From NCBI GenBank assembly GCA_951406725.2, contig OX597824.1:63054001-63118000 (forward strand): a stretch of DNA of 64,000 nt, written 5' to 3'. This DNA is from Octopus vulgaris. Lineage: Eukaryota. This document shows, piece by piece, positions 43,801 through 57,390 of this stretch (position 1 is the stretch's first letter; every line of letters starts with the position of its first letter). The position numbers and the translations under genes were made by a program. The notes beneath the pieces are model-generated. The model made no database searches, had not been told where the DNA came from, and worked only from the letters and a program-made list of their open reading frames with translations.

Positions 43801-43939
43801 TTTCGCATCAATACTAAAACAGTATGATCATTAAATGAATGTCTTACTTCCAAATTATCAGAATCAGTTAATAAATCAGCGTATGGAAAGTTATGAAATT
43901 TTGATTAATATTTCAGGTGATTCAAAATTTTTTACTTAA

Positions 43940-44700
43940 TATTGGTTTCAAAATTTGGCACAAGGCCAGCAATTTCAGGAAGGGTATATGTCGATTACAT
44001 CAAACCCAGTGCACAACTGGTACTTATTTTATCGACCCCGAAATTATTATGAAAGGCAAAATAGGCCTCGGCTGATTTTGAACTCAGAACAAGGATGAAA
44101 TACTGTTAAACATTCCGCCCGGTACACTAACGATTCTGCCAGTTTGCTGGCTTAAATTTGTATGTAATATTGCTTTCAAGTTTTAGCAGAAGACTAGCAA
44201 TTTCAGCGGTGGGATAGGCAAATTACATCGACCCAAGTGTTCAACTGGTACTTATGTTATTGATCCCCAAAGTGATAAAAGGCAAACTGACATCGGTGAA
44301 ATTTGAACTCAGAACGTAAAGATAGAAACGATAAACGTCGCCCCTTTCAAGCCCAGCCAGGCTCATGGGCTCGGTTTCCCGGTTTCCGTTGCGTATGTGT
44401 TCCCCCCACCTGGACGGGACGCCAGTCCATCGCAACGTTACTCAAGAAACAGGAAGAGAGTGAGAGAAAGTTGTGGCGAAAGACTACAGCAGGGGTCACA
44501 ACTACCCACTGCCGGAGCCTCGTGGAGCTTTTAGTTGTTTTCGCTCAATAAACACACACGACGCCCGGTCTGGGAATCGAAACCGAGATCCTCTGACCGC
44601 GAATCCACTGCCGTAACCACAGGGCCATTGCGCCTCCACAGAACGTAAAGAAGGACGGACAAAATGCCGCTAAGCCCGAAGCTGTAATGATGCTGTAATG
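43940..44700 (-). mobile_element. Tandem SINE family B copies, the second interrupted by a family D SINE
   Basis: B-family motifs. gaactcagaacgtaaaga resumes after 44638. Confidence 0.75.
44323..44638 (-). mobile_element. tRNA-derived SINE family D with 13-bp TSD
   Basis: TSD cagaacgtaaaga at 44310-22 and 44639-51. Head ggaggcgcaatggccctgtggtta..gtttcgattccc. Confidence 0.85.
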
Positions 44701-44714
44701 ATTCATATAGACAC

Positions 44715-44933
44715 AAAGGGCCGGTTTCCCGGTTTCCCTGGCGTATATATTCCCCACCTGGTCGGGACGCGGGTCCGTCACAGGATTAGTCACTTTTGAC
44801 AGCTGTTTGGACTGGAGCAATGTGAAGTGAAGTGTTTTGCTCCAGAGCACAACGCGTTACCCGGTTCAGAAATCGAAACCACAACGTTACGATCATGAGT
44901 CCAACACCCTAACCACTAGGTCACGCGCCTCTA
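44715..44933 (-). mobile_element. tRNA-derived CORE-like SINE (family E) sharing its 3' part with family D
   Basis: Head gaggcgcgtgacctagtggttagg..gtttcgatttc, CORE-like gagcaaaacacttcacttcacattgctccag, tail ccaggtgggg..ggaaaccgggaaaccg. Related relics near 20450-20630, 42775-42880, 54700-54918. Confidence 0.7.
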
Positions 44934-44959
44934 AAGAAATTGGTATATACTATATTCTT

Positions 44960-45169
44960 TTCAACCATAGGCACAAGGACCGAAATTTTGGGGGAGTGGG
45001 CTACTGAAGTAAATCGACTCCAGTACGCAACTGGTACTTAATTTATCGAACCTGAAAGGATGAAAGGGGCGGAATTTGAATTCAGAACATCATCTTCTTT
45101 CAATAAACAGACGAAGTATCGCTATGTATTTCGCGCAGCGTAGTAACGTTTCTGCCAGCTCGCCGCCTT
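44960..45169 (-). mobile_element. SINE family B copy
   Basis: Ends in ctgccagctcgccgcctt, as at 61359. Confidence 0.75.
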
Positions 45170-45284
45170 GGAAAAGTTTGAATAGAGTGGGAACAAATAA
45201 GCTCAACCCGAAATAAATTTTCAACTGTAGGAGTGATAAAAGCCATGATATAACTACTTTGGTTTCTTTTCACAAAAAATGTGC

Positions 45285-45365
<81 letters not shown>

Positions 45366-45410
45366 TATGTATCATATATTTTTATATATACATATACAGA
45401 CATACATACG

Positions 45411-45700
45411 AGGCTGTGTGGTAAGGGTTCCGGATTCCTTCTCATTGCGTGGTACTTTGGGAAAGTGTCTACTACTATAGCCTCTAGGCGACCAAAGCTT
45501 TCTGAGTGGATTTAGTAGATGGAAACTGAAAGAAGCTCGTCGTATATGTGTGTGTGCGTGTGTGTGTATGTGTGTGTTTCTTTGTGTCTGTGTTTCTGTG
45601 TTTGTCCCTTGTTTGACAACAGGGGTTGATTTGTTCGACTAAAACCCTTCAAGACGGTGCTCCAGTCAAATGACTGATGCAAGTAAAAGAATAACAAAAT
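45411..45700 (+). mobile_element. SINE family A, diverged and deleted (another head at 45975-46135)
   Basis: ggctgtgtggtaag..gagtggattt.gtagatggaaactgaaaga..cagtcaaatgactga. Confidence 0.7.
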
Positions 45701-46355
45701 AAAAAAATACAATACATGTGTGAGAATCTATATGTTTGATTATCTATGCATGCTCATATGTAGAGTGACGGTGGGATTTAGACAGCAGGATAAATAAAGA
45801 AAAAACGAAGAGATTTTGCATAATATAGTCATATATTTTTCCACTGCTCTCAATAATTCAAACACACTTAGAAACGACCACCATCGTTTTACTTGCACAT
45901 ACACACACAAATACACAAGCGCGCGCATAAATAAAGAATACACCACACCCAATCACGGATGTGTGTATTTATATAGGCGCAGGGGTAGCTGTGTAATTAG
46001 GAGTTTACTTCCTAGCGATATAATTAGGGGTTCAGTCCTACTGCATGGCATCTTAAGCAATTATTTTCTAGTGTAGCTTCCGGTTGATCAAAGACTTACC
46101 AGTGGGTTTGGTACACGGAAACTAAGAGAAGTCTGTTGTGTATATGTATATATATAATAAATATTTTGGACTAATAGTTATAAGTCGATTAGTGTGTCTA
46201 AATGTTGGTAGAGTACCGGCACAGTTTAGGCTACATGTTGTCATCCGCAGTCGTGGTGTACTTCCGTTGGATCAGCTTCAGAAACACCGCAGTGTCAGTT
46301 ACAGTAATTACATTAATAAGTAACGAGAAAATGGATTTGGCATTAAGCCATATTC

Positions 46356-46457
46356 TGTACGAGGTTCGTTTCGACCTGTTATGGTATTGTCCTTATGTGT
46401 GGGACTCCGTTCAACATGTGCCTAACCGAGTGTACAGTCTGGGTCTCATCAGGTACA
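46356..46457 (-). ncRNA. Type I hammerhead-like motif with long stem II insertion (stem III mismatch, probably inactive)
   Basis: Minus strand: tgtac-CTGATGA-gacc[~65 nt]ggtc-GAAAC-gaac-cTC-gtaca. Inverted partial copy at 46931-47010 has GAAAC-gaac-GTC-gtaca. Confidence 0.65.
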
Positions 46458-48731
46458 TCGACTGATAAATTTTGTCTCACTGCCATGTTGTTAGGAAATG
46501 AATAAAATGCGGACAAGATTGCTGAAGCGCAAAATTCAGATATGGAGCGGAAATCTTGCGTTCCTGTTTAGATAAAGTGACATAATCAGCTTCCGCTTTC
46601 ATTAACTGGATAGAGGGAAAATATATTAGCAAAAGAAAAAAGGAAGAGAACAGGTAAAACAGGAAAACGAATACTTAGTCAAACAGTTTTGTGTACTTAC
46701 ATACACATACAGACACATACACACACACATACAGACTTATATACAAATATATATATATATATACATATACATACACACATACAAACATACATGCGTGCAA
46801 ACAAACATACATGCATAGACACACACAGAGGCACACTCATATATACGTATATTTGTACACGCACGCTCACACACATATACGTATGTACTTACACGCATGC
46901 ACATATACACAAGCCTTCGAATGCATAAATCACAATAGTAGGACGGGTTGAAACGAACGTCGTACAGAATTAAGTTTAATACCAAATCCATCTTCACGTT
47001 ACTTATTAGTATATGTGTGTACGTGCGTGTGAGTGCGTACGTGTGTGTGTGTGTGCGTGAGTGTGTGTGTGTATGTGTGCGTGTGTGTGTGTGTGTGCGT
47101 GTGTGTGTGTGTGTGAGGCGCAATATATATATAATCTGTCTGTATGTCGTGTTATTAACTGAGCCTTTATGTTCTAATCGAGCATGTTGTTAGAACACTG
47201 ACGAGCTTTTCTCCTCTTTGATCTCCCACCAATGATCATTTATCCGCTCCCCTATGCTATGTGCTGTCTCAGCAACGTAGACGGATGTCCCTTTGAATAT
47301 GTCAAAGCTTGCCCCTTCTTTGTTAACAAGGTATGGGCAAATGAGATAATGCGGTGTGGGGGTAAATAAAATAGATGATAGTGACTACATGAATTTTGCT
47401 TTTCTTAAGAACGAGCCTAGGTAGATATTCTACAATAATCAATTTATATGAAAAGCATAATACTGATGTGCTTTATAGCCTGGCAAGAGTGGCTGACATT
47501 CTTAGATAAAGAAACTTTCCTAATTAATTCTTGTTTGGTCCTAAGTTTTGTCTGCAATTGATAGAGTGGGAAAACAAGAATTTTAAGAAATTCTAAAGAT
47601 TTTTTTTTTTTGTTGACAACCTGTGTTGCTGTGTGTGTGTTTCCTGAACTTCGGTAAAAGAGAACTTGTTAGGCTTAAAAGAAACCCTAAGTACTGGGGA
47701 TCAATCCGTTTGGCCAAAATGCTTCAAAACGGTACCCCCACACTGCCCGCACTGAGACAAGAAAATGATAAAACATAAAAGATGAACGGTAAAAATATAT
47801 ATGTGAATGATTGCAAATATGAGTGTATAAATGAATTTCTATCAGTATATGTCTGTAAAGATATTGATATGTACACATCCTTATGTGTATATGAGTGAGT
47901 ATGCGTCCGTGAGAGTATTCATGCCTGTGTGTATGTGTGTACTTGTATATAACGTATGTTTTATGATTTATGATCAATAATGGCTTGTATAGCATTTCCA
48001 TCCTCCATGACAGTAAGCTGATTCGTTTAATGATAATGACCCGAAACAGTAATGTGTACGTAATGCTTCTTTGATTTAAACACGTCACTCGCTTTACCTC
48101 AGATGTTCTCGCAACATTATAACTATGGCAACACGAATCTAATGCGCGTGTACTAATGTGATCCAGAGTTATTGGCTTGTGACATTCTGTTCAGTGACAT
48201 ACATATTTTCTTTATTAGTTTGATATGTGTCTGTATCAGAAGCATTTTGACTTTATGATATATTTTCGAAGTGAAAAATATGTTTTCTCTTTTTTTCTTT
48301 AGAGCGAAAACATTGTAGTTTAAATCTTTTTTCTTCCAATAATGATCGGGAATGTTCTTTCTCTATTTATCTTACTTTCTCGAGTGAATTCCAGATATTA
48401 CGCACACTATCTTGTAAATTATGTGGTTGGCTAGATACCTCCTATAAGAGAAAAGAAAAACAAAACATGTATATTACAGCTTGGGATTTTTAAGAAGCGG
48501 ACAAAATTTGATATTATAAATTGTGATTTTTTTTAATCTTAATAGTGGTGCTTTACGCTTCAATATCCATGCACAAATAATATACGTACCCACTATGTAC
48601 TAGGGATAAATGTGGTCAGATAAATATTTTTCCTACAGGAATTTAATTTTGAAACATCCCCATTAATTGCCAACCATTTATACATTTAATGAAGGTGCTA
48701 TTATGGCATCAACACATACACACACACACGC

Positions 48732-48852
<121 letters not shown>

Positions 48853-48870
48853 CATACATGCATGCATACA

Positions 48871-50176
48871 GGAAAATATGGCAGTCAGAACTTTCCTCTT
48901 ACAACGAAACAATATCCCACAATGCATTTGCAGTATCAGTGCTTATCCCAATTTCGGATACTTGTTTGGTGTGTAGAGGAATTCTACTCTAGGGATATCA
49001 AAACCCGCAAAATCCTATCAACAACTGAGAACTTCCAGAGAAACAGTGACGTTGACAGGCCCTACCTAAAAAAAGATGAAAGTGGTAGAGGCCTGATATC
49101 AGTGCAGACGGCTTTCGAACGCCGTATCGTATCACTCAAGCAGTACCTGCTAAACAACAGCAGCAAAAATAAATATATAAATGCTGTGCTGAAATGTGAA
49201 GTGTGCAACATTGTATGACTTAGTAGTGAGCTTTTAAAGAAACACTCTCTTCCTGATGATATTCTATATAGCCCCAAAACAGCTGGGCTCCCTTACCTCG
49301 GAGGAGACCTGGATGGAAAGCACTCAGCATAGAAAAAAAGAGTATGCATGGGTATGAATTAAGACGAAGTGCAGCCTCACTTGGCCACAAGACCACTACA
49401 TTACATCACACTTTGAAGGCTATGCGTTTGCAATCCAGGAACAGGAGATTTCCACAAAGTACCTGGTGAACAAGAGAGACAGTGACGCTCTTGCAATCCC
49501 AAGGGCCAACCGCATGTGTAGGATATGTCATGTTTCTGTGGAAGACACCACGCATGTGATTAGCAGCTGTCCTAGAATGTCATCACAGTACTACCTCCCA
49601 ATGCGGCACGATGTTGTTGCTAAAACAATTTACAATGTTATCTGTAAAAAAGACTGTCCTGAAATAAACTTAGAAAATACTTCTGCTGTGGAATATATCC
49701 ATAAAGACCAACTCAAGAAATACTGGTGGAATATTTCTATCAAAATTTCTGTCAAATGTAAACATTACAGTCCAGATATTGTTGTTTGGGATAGAGAGGC
49801 AAAAGTATGTACCGTCATAGAGGTCAGCTGTCCCGCAGATACAAATATGTCTTCGAAAAATCAAAGGAAAACAGGATATCTACAACTGCTTTGAAACCTC
49901 CAGCTTCTATATACGGAATATGAATTCATATTCATACCAATAATAATTGGAGCACTAGGTTTTGTTAGTAAATGCTTAAAAGAAAATCTGGATAAATTTG
50001 AATTTTCAGAAAAAGAAATTGACCGGAAAATTCGTACATTACAAGTGCAATTTGTGAGTGGAACAGTAAAAATATGCAATTTGTCTGTCTTAACTACATC
50101 CCAAAGACATATTTTCGTATCTTTGTTGGAAATCGGCTCCCTCAGTGGAAGATTCATAATAATTAAAAAGTAGAAG
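48871..50176 (+). mobile_element. 5'-truncated, decayed R4-clade retrotransposon (element 4) with 13-bp TSD
   Basis: DIKTRKIL..SDVDRPYL..GRGLI, FAIQEQEI, CRIC-x7-H-x4-C, MRHD, SPDIVV..IEVSCP, IPIIIGALG. atgcatgcataca at 48858-70 and 50177-89. Confidence 0.85.
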
Positions 50177-52159
50177 ATGCATGCATACACACACACACAC
50201 ACACATACATACATACATACATACATACATACAATCATACATACGTATATATAAACTTGTATATTTATGTGTGTCTGTAATATGAATGTGTATATGAATG
50301 AATTTGCTAGCACGCCTCTCTAGTTTAGTGGCATATCACGGCCATTTGGTCTGCTGCAAATACATGATTCGGTTCTCGCGTGTGACTTTGTCCACCTCTT
50401 CCTATATTATGTATTTGCACTCGTATGTATATATTTAGGTATACATTTTGCCATGTTATCTATTATTTTTGATACTTACATTGGTAATATGTTGCCATAT
50501 CCTTTTAGTGAGCAAATGGTGTTTGGAATATTTATATACATTATATATACATGGTTCTATGTATGTTATAAGGTTTCTGCATAAGTTTGGTTTATAACCC
50601 TACGTCATAGTACATTTAGGAATTTTGGGCTTTTCTTCGGAATTCTTGTGATAGCGTTTCCTCAGTAATAATAGTTATACATTGCGTGATGTTATTTTGA
50701 ATTTTCTTTTTGCCCTTTCATTGTAAAATTAAGGCTTCATGTGTTGTATTACAATATGAGTAGACGTATATATTTTCTGTAAATACCGTTCGTCGGTTAA
50801 TTGTTACATTGTTAAATACGTTCCCATTTTATCTATACCATTTCCTCTTTTTAGTAACTGTAAGACTACATCAGGAAATTCGGAAATGCGTCCTGTACTT
50901 TTTAAAGACTGCTAGGAGGAACATTTGGTTGCTATCTCTGGAAGGTAGACTGTTATTCTCTAATTTCATTGTTGTTCTGCATTTTATGTATCAAATATTT
51001 ATGCTTAAGTATATTAGCTGAATTCGGACAGCGGCTACAATTGAAAGAAGGAAAATAATGAGAGTACTTCTGGTGTTTTTGTTATATATTCTAGTGATAT
51101 TTGATTCCTTCATGACAGTGATTATTTATCCTCAGACCGTTTACGTGTACGGCGTATTTCATTTCGAAAGAGGTTATTATTTAGTAAGGAGTCACCATGT
51201 TCAAGATTGCTGTTATTGATGATGATGAATATTATGGTGTTGATAATTGACATCAAATCAATCCCCGAATAAAAAGAGACACTGAACAAACATGCTCCAG
51301 CCGTAACGACTCCTTTTTCCTACCTGCATCGTACAGAGGCCCAATTATCTGATGTGTTTCTCTCTCAGCGAGGCAGCTTAGGACTTGAGGAATATTGTGT
51401 TTGCAATTCTACCAACAACGCAAACATTTCTAACAGGATATATCAATATTAATGATTAACTACGCTACTCAACTGCTATATCTCTTTGTGACAGATCTTG
51501 AGTAGATTTAGCCATGGCCTTTTCGTCTCCACCAATATGAAAGCTGCAACTACGTCTTACATTATTCTTGTTAGCCCTAATTTTGCAGATATATGATCAA
51601 AGAAATTTCGAGCAGTTTATATTTTGTGTATTGTGTATGTCAGAAGCAACATGTTGCAACGCATCCTTCCTAATTCTAGAGAACTGCCTGATTTGTGAAA
51701 GAAATAACTGCCATTTCTATCGACTTCATAGCAGAATATTAAATGGATTGCAGATTTTAGTTTTGTGTTAAAATCTACTTCAATTACATTCACTTGACAC
51801 AACTATATTCTACAGAAAACATAAAACGTATCTACACAAAAGTTATGAGTATTAGACATTGTTAATATATAGCAACATGTTGTCGTGTAATATTATTCGA
51901 TATTCTAGCAGGAAAGCAATGAGGAAATTACGTCCTGTCCAAGGAGTAACAACTTGCTCATTCGCTCAATATTTTCGACTATTGTATACACGGAATACAA
52001 ATAGATACTAACATACGCGTTTATGCAGGTTTTATACATACATACATACATACATACATACATACATACGTACATACATATATATATATATATATACATA
52101 CGCACGCATATATGCAACATACATAACTTATAAGTTATGTATGTTGCATATATGTGTGC

Positions 52160-52206
<47 letters not shown>

Positions 52207-53055
52207 CGCGCACATATATGCAACATACATAACTTGAAATTTTTTACATCAAGATCAACATAAAAGCATATCTTACCGAAATATTTTGTTAGTGGATAAG
52301 CGACAACCACTTTAGCACTTAATACTTATAATTTCTTTTCTTGTTACTTTTACAGTATTGAAAAGTTGTCGTGAAGTTCATGTTAGATATCTCTCGTTTG
52401 GAGTTTGGGAAAAAAATTTACTATCGTCCGCTATAATGCAGGGTAGATTTTTAGAAATTGTCCCTAGAAAAGATAGCAGCTTCGCTGCTAAGAAATACCG
52501 TGATGTAAAGGTTATTTTGTTCATAATCGGCTTCTAAATCGATAATAATAACATAGAGAGTGAACAAGGGCTACCATGTTCTTCATAAAACACAGTGGTT
52601 TAAACAGAAGAGGTTATATTAGTTTTACAATATCAGCAAAAGCTGGGAAGATAACACTGAGGAATGGGCTTTGATCGTTGGAGTTAATTTAGAGTCCCTC
52701 TCTCTCGCTTTCTTTCTTTCATTCCTTCTCTCCTTCTCTTTTCTTTCTTTCCTTCTCTTTTCTCTCTTTCTCTCTCTCTCTCTCTTCCTACAGACAGACG
52801 TTGAACGTCATACAAAGCATTTCACCACCAGTTTCATAAGACGTATGCGATAAAAATTACCTATTTCTTGGTAGGTAGATAAATACATTGAAAGTGATCA
52901 TGCGTTATAATATTTCCCTTTAAAATGTGCTACCTCAATCAGTCGATCATTTATGCGATAAGATAGGATCAAAGCTATCAAGAAGCATACAGCAGGAACA
53001 ATAACAGTAACAACAATAATACAAATTAAACAATACAATATATGCATGTATTATA

Positions 53056-53093
<38 letters not shown>

Positions 53094-53110
53094 CAAACAT
53101 ACATATATAT

Positions 53111-53170
<60 letters not shown>

Positions 53171-55960
53171 ATACATACACACATACACACACACATACAC
53201 ACACACACACACACATACATTTTTTTTTTTTTTTCTACAGGCATGTATATCATAGACGTTGTAAATATGTTCGATTGAGCAATACAATAATGGTCGATGA
53301 AAATACGTTACTAAACAGTGTCATGAATATTGATCTGGCTGATACCAATTGTCGTCTAAATTCAACACTTATCTATTAGCTATTCACCAGTAACTAAAGT
53401 AACGACGATGCATGTAATAAACGTTCATGTTTTATTCTCGGCTAAATTAGATCCGTGGTGCCAATATTTGGATACATTCTGTTTACGCCATACATTAGTC
53501 TGAGTTCCACGCTAATAATAAAATTGCAGCTGCATTAAAATTAATGGGGTTTTATTTTAATATTATACACTACCTGACACAAAAGCTATTCAATATTTTC
53601 ATTTTCTTTATAATTTTAAAACTAGAACTTCCATTATAATCAATAAAATTATGATAAAGAACAAAATCTGTTAGTAGCTTATGGCTGTGTAGTATTCTAA
53701 AAATATATCAAAGCAGAAATGTTGAATCAGTTGTTATTAAGAATAATTATGCTATTGTATGTTTGGTGAAATAATATTTAACTCCACTAGAGAATTTAAC
53801 AAAACAAATTAATTATATAGTTACATGTCTGGTTTGAATTGCGGCAGTTTCATAATATATAAATAAAACAAGCTATTTAGTAGGTACAGTTTATATTTGA
53901 AACAAAGTTCGTCTGAAGACTATTATTAGTATCTTAAGATGATTTTACAAAGAATATAAAAATCAATATCGGACACTCTGAAATTAAATGTGACAAAGTT
54001 TTGGGATGGATATATTCCTCAAAAGAAGAGATAACTTTCAAAACATTTAATGTTAGTAGTCCACAGTAAGGAATCGTACTGTTTCACGTTCATCGATCAA
54101 GATTATTCTAGTCCAGTGAATAGAACATCGGTGCACATTGTCCCTGTATCAATCTCGGGTAGTAGAGCATATATTTTAAGCCTAAAATATTTCACTAAAT
54201 AAATAAAAAAGAAAGAACACTTTCTGGTTTCTGGCATCATTACTATCATTATTGTACAAGAATAGGTTTACATCCGTTATGAAAAGAGATCAAAGTCTTC
54301 TACAATAGGACTTTCGTTTTAATTAATAAATTAGAAATCTTCTCCGACTTCAGGTTACTCATTCATGTCGATGATTGTGCTGTATATGTTGTTCAGAGTT
54401 TCCAATCTATTTGATCAATATACATGCAGGTAGCTGATAATATTTCGCTTAGAAGCGGCTTATTTTAATCTCTTTGAGACGAAAGCGTTTCAGGTAACAT
54501 ATACTGATGATAGCTTAAGTAGATGATAACGAATACTATTGGCTCCTTTAAAATGACTATGTAGTGACACATTTATTTTCGTAACAATATCTATTTTATG
54601 ACACTATCAATAATAATGATAAACGGCTTTATGAATAGAACCATACCTACATATAGTTGTGTGTGTGTAGAGCTATAAACTTAACTAGTACTGTGTCGTT
54701 TACGGGGGTCTAGTTGATCCGATTCATCTTGTGAACTTAAAGTGCGAGTGACTGAACACTCTACTGAACTACTTAACCTAGTTCACAGGAAGATTCGGCG
54801 TGACACAGGAAGAGCAACATAAAATAAAGTGTCTTGCTCAAGGACACAACGTGTCGCTGAGAATCGAACTCAAGACTTACGACCGTGAACCGAATACCCT
54901 GACCCCTTAGCCACATACATACGTACATAAATACGCATTTCATTGCATATTCATAAATCATATCGCTATCTTTGTAACGTAATATCAACATGCCATAACT
55001 GAGATAGAATATCCTGCTGCGTCAGTGGACATTTTTTCTCGGATTACTTACAGAAGTTTTTAATTTCTTTTTGTTTTGGTTTTTTACAATACCAATACAG
55101 AGTCGCCAGCGCATGAAAATACGTGACTAACTCATCATATGAAATAAATACTATCTTCGATTTATAAATATCCACTCGTATTATACCTATTAAAGCATAA
55201 ACTACTTTCAATATGTCCGTTTAGGCAGGAAGTGCTGCTTTCATTACTAACTGCTTGGAACTTAACGCACTGATTGTGCCGTTTTCTATATTCAGCAGCG
55301 CCAGTCAGCTGCAACTCATTACTAAATCATAAGGAGAGATGTTTGGGATAGTCATCAGCTTCATGGATTTCGATTACTGAAGGTTTTGGTATTCTCGGGT
55401 GGAGTTTATTTTTTCTGTTTCGTGTAATATTTCCTTTTATCATAGTGTTATTATGTTAAATCTTAAGTTTAGTAAATCTAATGAAATTTAATAGGTTAAA
55501 AGTCGTTTATTTCAGTATGAGCACGTATCTCCATGTTTTCTGCACACACACACACGCGCAAACACACATATACACACACATGCACACAAACATATATATA
55601 TTTGTGTTTGTATACATATGAACGTGCATGTGTAGGTGTACATTGTGCACGTGTTTCTGGGTATGCAAGTGTGTATGTGTGTGTTTGTGTGTGCGCGCGC
55701 GTGCGTATGTGCTTGCGTGTGTGCATGTGTGCGTGTGTTGAACCATTTCTCTGTTCAGCGCTACTCTTAATTTCTCTGTTGATGCGTCACGTCCTCCTTC
55801 GTGATACTTGTAAAATATGAATGTAAGTATATAAAATAGAATAAGTAAAGTACTCATCTATTCAAAATGATCAATAAACTGGATTATCGCTAATAAAATG
55901 AACCATATAAATATGTGTGTGTTGGATCGTATGCGTAAATATTTATATACGTGCATTCCC

Positions 55961-56366
55961 TATTAAATTAAGAGAAGAAAATGGAGGGATCGAGGTTAAT
56001 AACTTGATAATAATTTTTCCTACTGCAGTTTCCATTTATAATCATTGAAATAAATTACAAATTTCTACATTAAATTTTCATTTATAAGTTATGAGCAAAA
56101 TATCATCAGGAAAACGTCAGAAATTAAAAAATAACGTATTGACCTACCTTTTGATTCCAGCAGACTCTGAGAGGTCAGAATGTAATTTTTCATATCTAAC
56201 TTATCCCTATTTATATTTAGCTCATAACTTATAAATGCAAATTTAATGCACAGGTTCGTAACTTATTCACGATTACAAATGGAAACAGCTGCAAAAAGAA
56301 ATGATTATTAATTTATTTAAAAAATAATTAACCACTAACTCTCTATTTTCTTCTCTTAATTTAATA
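55961..56366. mobile_element. Foldback/MITE-like element with ~135-bp diverged inverted arms
   Basis: tattaaattaagagaagaaaat..catttataagttatgagc vs gctcataacttataaatg..attttcttctcttaatttaata. Confidence 0.7.
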
Positions 56367-56504
56367 CGCATCAATAATAAATATATACTTATTGATTTAG
56401 GAAAATTTAATTTCTCAAAGGTATTAAGTATAGAACCATCGTTTTCTTGGATGTAATCATCTCTTTAAGAAGTTAATGTATCATCTAATTAAATTGCACA
56501 CACA

Positions 56505-56538
<34 letters not shown>

Positions 56539-56544
56539 TAGACA

Positions 56545-56629
<85 letters not shown>

Positions 56630-57094
56630 TATATACGTAAATATGGAACAATGAAAACGAGTGCTCAACATCGGATCGGTGGATATAATTTCTTTATTTG
56701 TGAATTAAGGCTACCGTTAGTTTCATTTTAAGAAAAGTAGGAGAATAACCTAGTGTCTTAATAATTTTCAAGCCGATCACATGGAGAAAGGTATTCGCCT
56801 CCATTTTGGCAAACAGACTCGCTTCGTTCACAGGGTATCTCGTAAATTCGCGTAAATAAAGCAATGAATCAATGAATCAAGGAACGTTACTCTTCAGAGG
56901 CATATTTTGGATGTTTGCCTCCCTTGAATTTGTCTTTTAGGCAATTATTTTTGTGATCAATTTCTTTGTATTATTCTGTTTTTGTTCTGAGTATAGTGTC
57001 CTTATGCTTGTTTGCTGAGGTAGTTCGTCATTGGGGCATATTTCTTGTTTGTGTGAAGTTTGTGTGCTATGTAAGTTCACGTTTAGGAAAGGGG

Positions 57095-57390
57095 CTATAC
57101 TGCTACGGTTACCCTCGCATGTAGGGGCTCTTTGAAATATTTGTGAGTAACATATTGTTTGTGCGTGCAGGGAGAGAAGGTTTCATCTCTAATGTTTAGG
57201 ATGTTATCTGTTGATTGTACAAAGTTTAATTTTTCAGTAATACAGAGTTCACATTTGGTACTCCGTCCCCTGTATTTTTTGGCTTTAGCAATGATTTTCC
57301 ATTCTATCTGGGGATTGCTTATTCTACCTTCATTCAATATCCATATCATATTTGATAGGGATGCTGCATTTTGTTTCTCTGAATGACATG
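57095..57390 (-). pseudogene. C-terminal GIY-YIG endonuclease fragment of a Penelope-like element
   Basis: SLSNMIWIL..IEWKII..Y..KCELCITEK..ILNIRDETFSPCTHK fits the PLE endonuclease C-terminal pattern LSxxIW..IxWxI..CxLCxxEK..LNxRxE..CxH. Confidence 0.75.

Noticed and set aside
44560-44638. tRNA gene
   Set aside because: tRNA-like head of a TSD-flanked SINE with no proper acceptor stem.
47165-47215. Hairpin tgttctaa..ttagaaca followed by CTGACGAG
   Set aside because: No stem II or GAAA follows, so not a complete hammerhead.
52080-52235. Duplicated ~40-bp unit (similar small duplications at 16530-16650 and 22117-22162)
   Set aside because: Ordinary local slippage duplications in low-complexity DNA.
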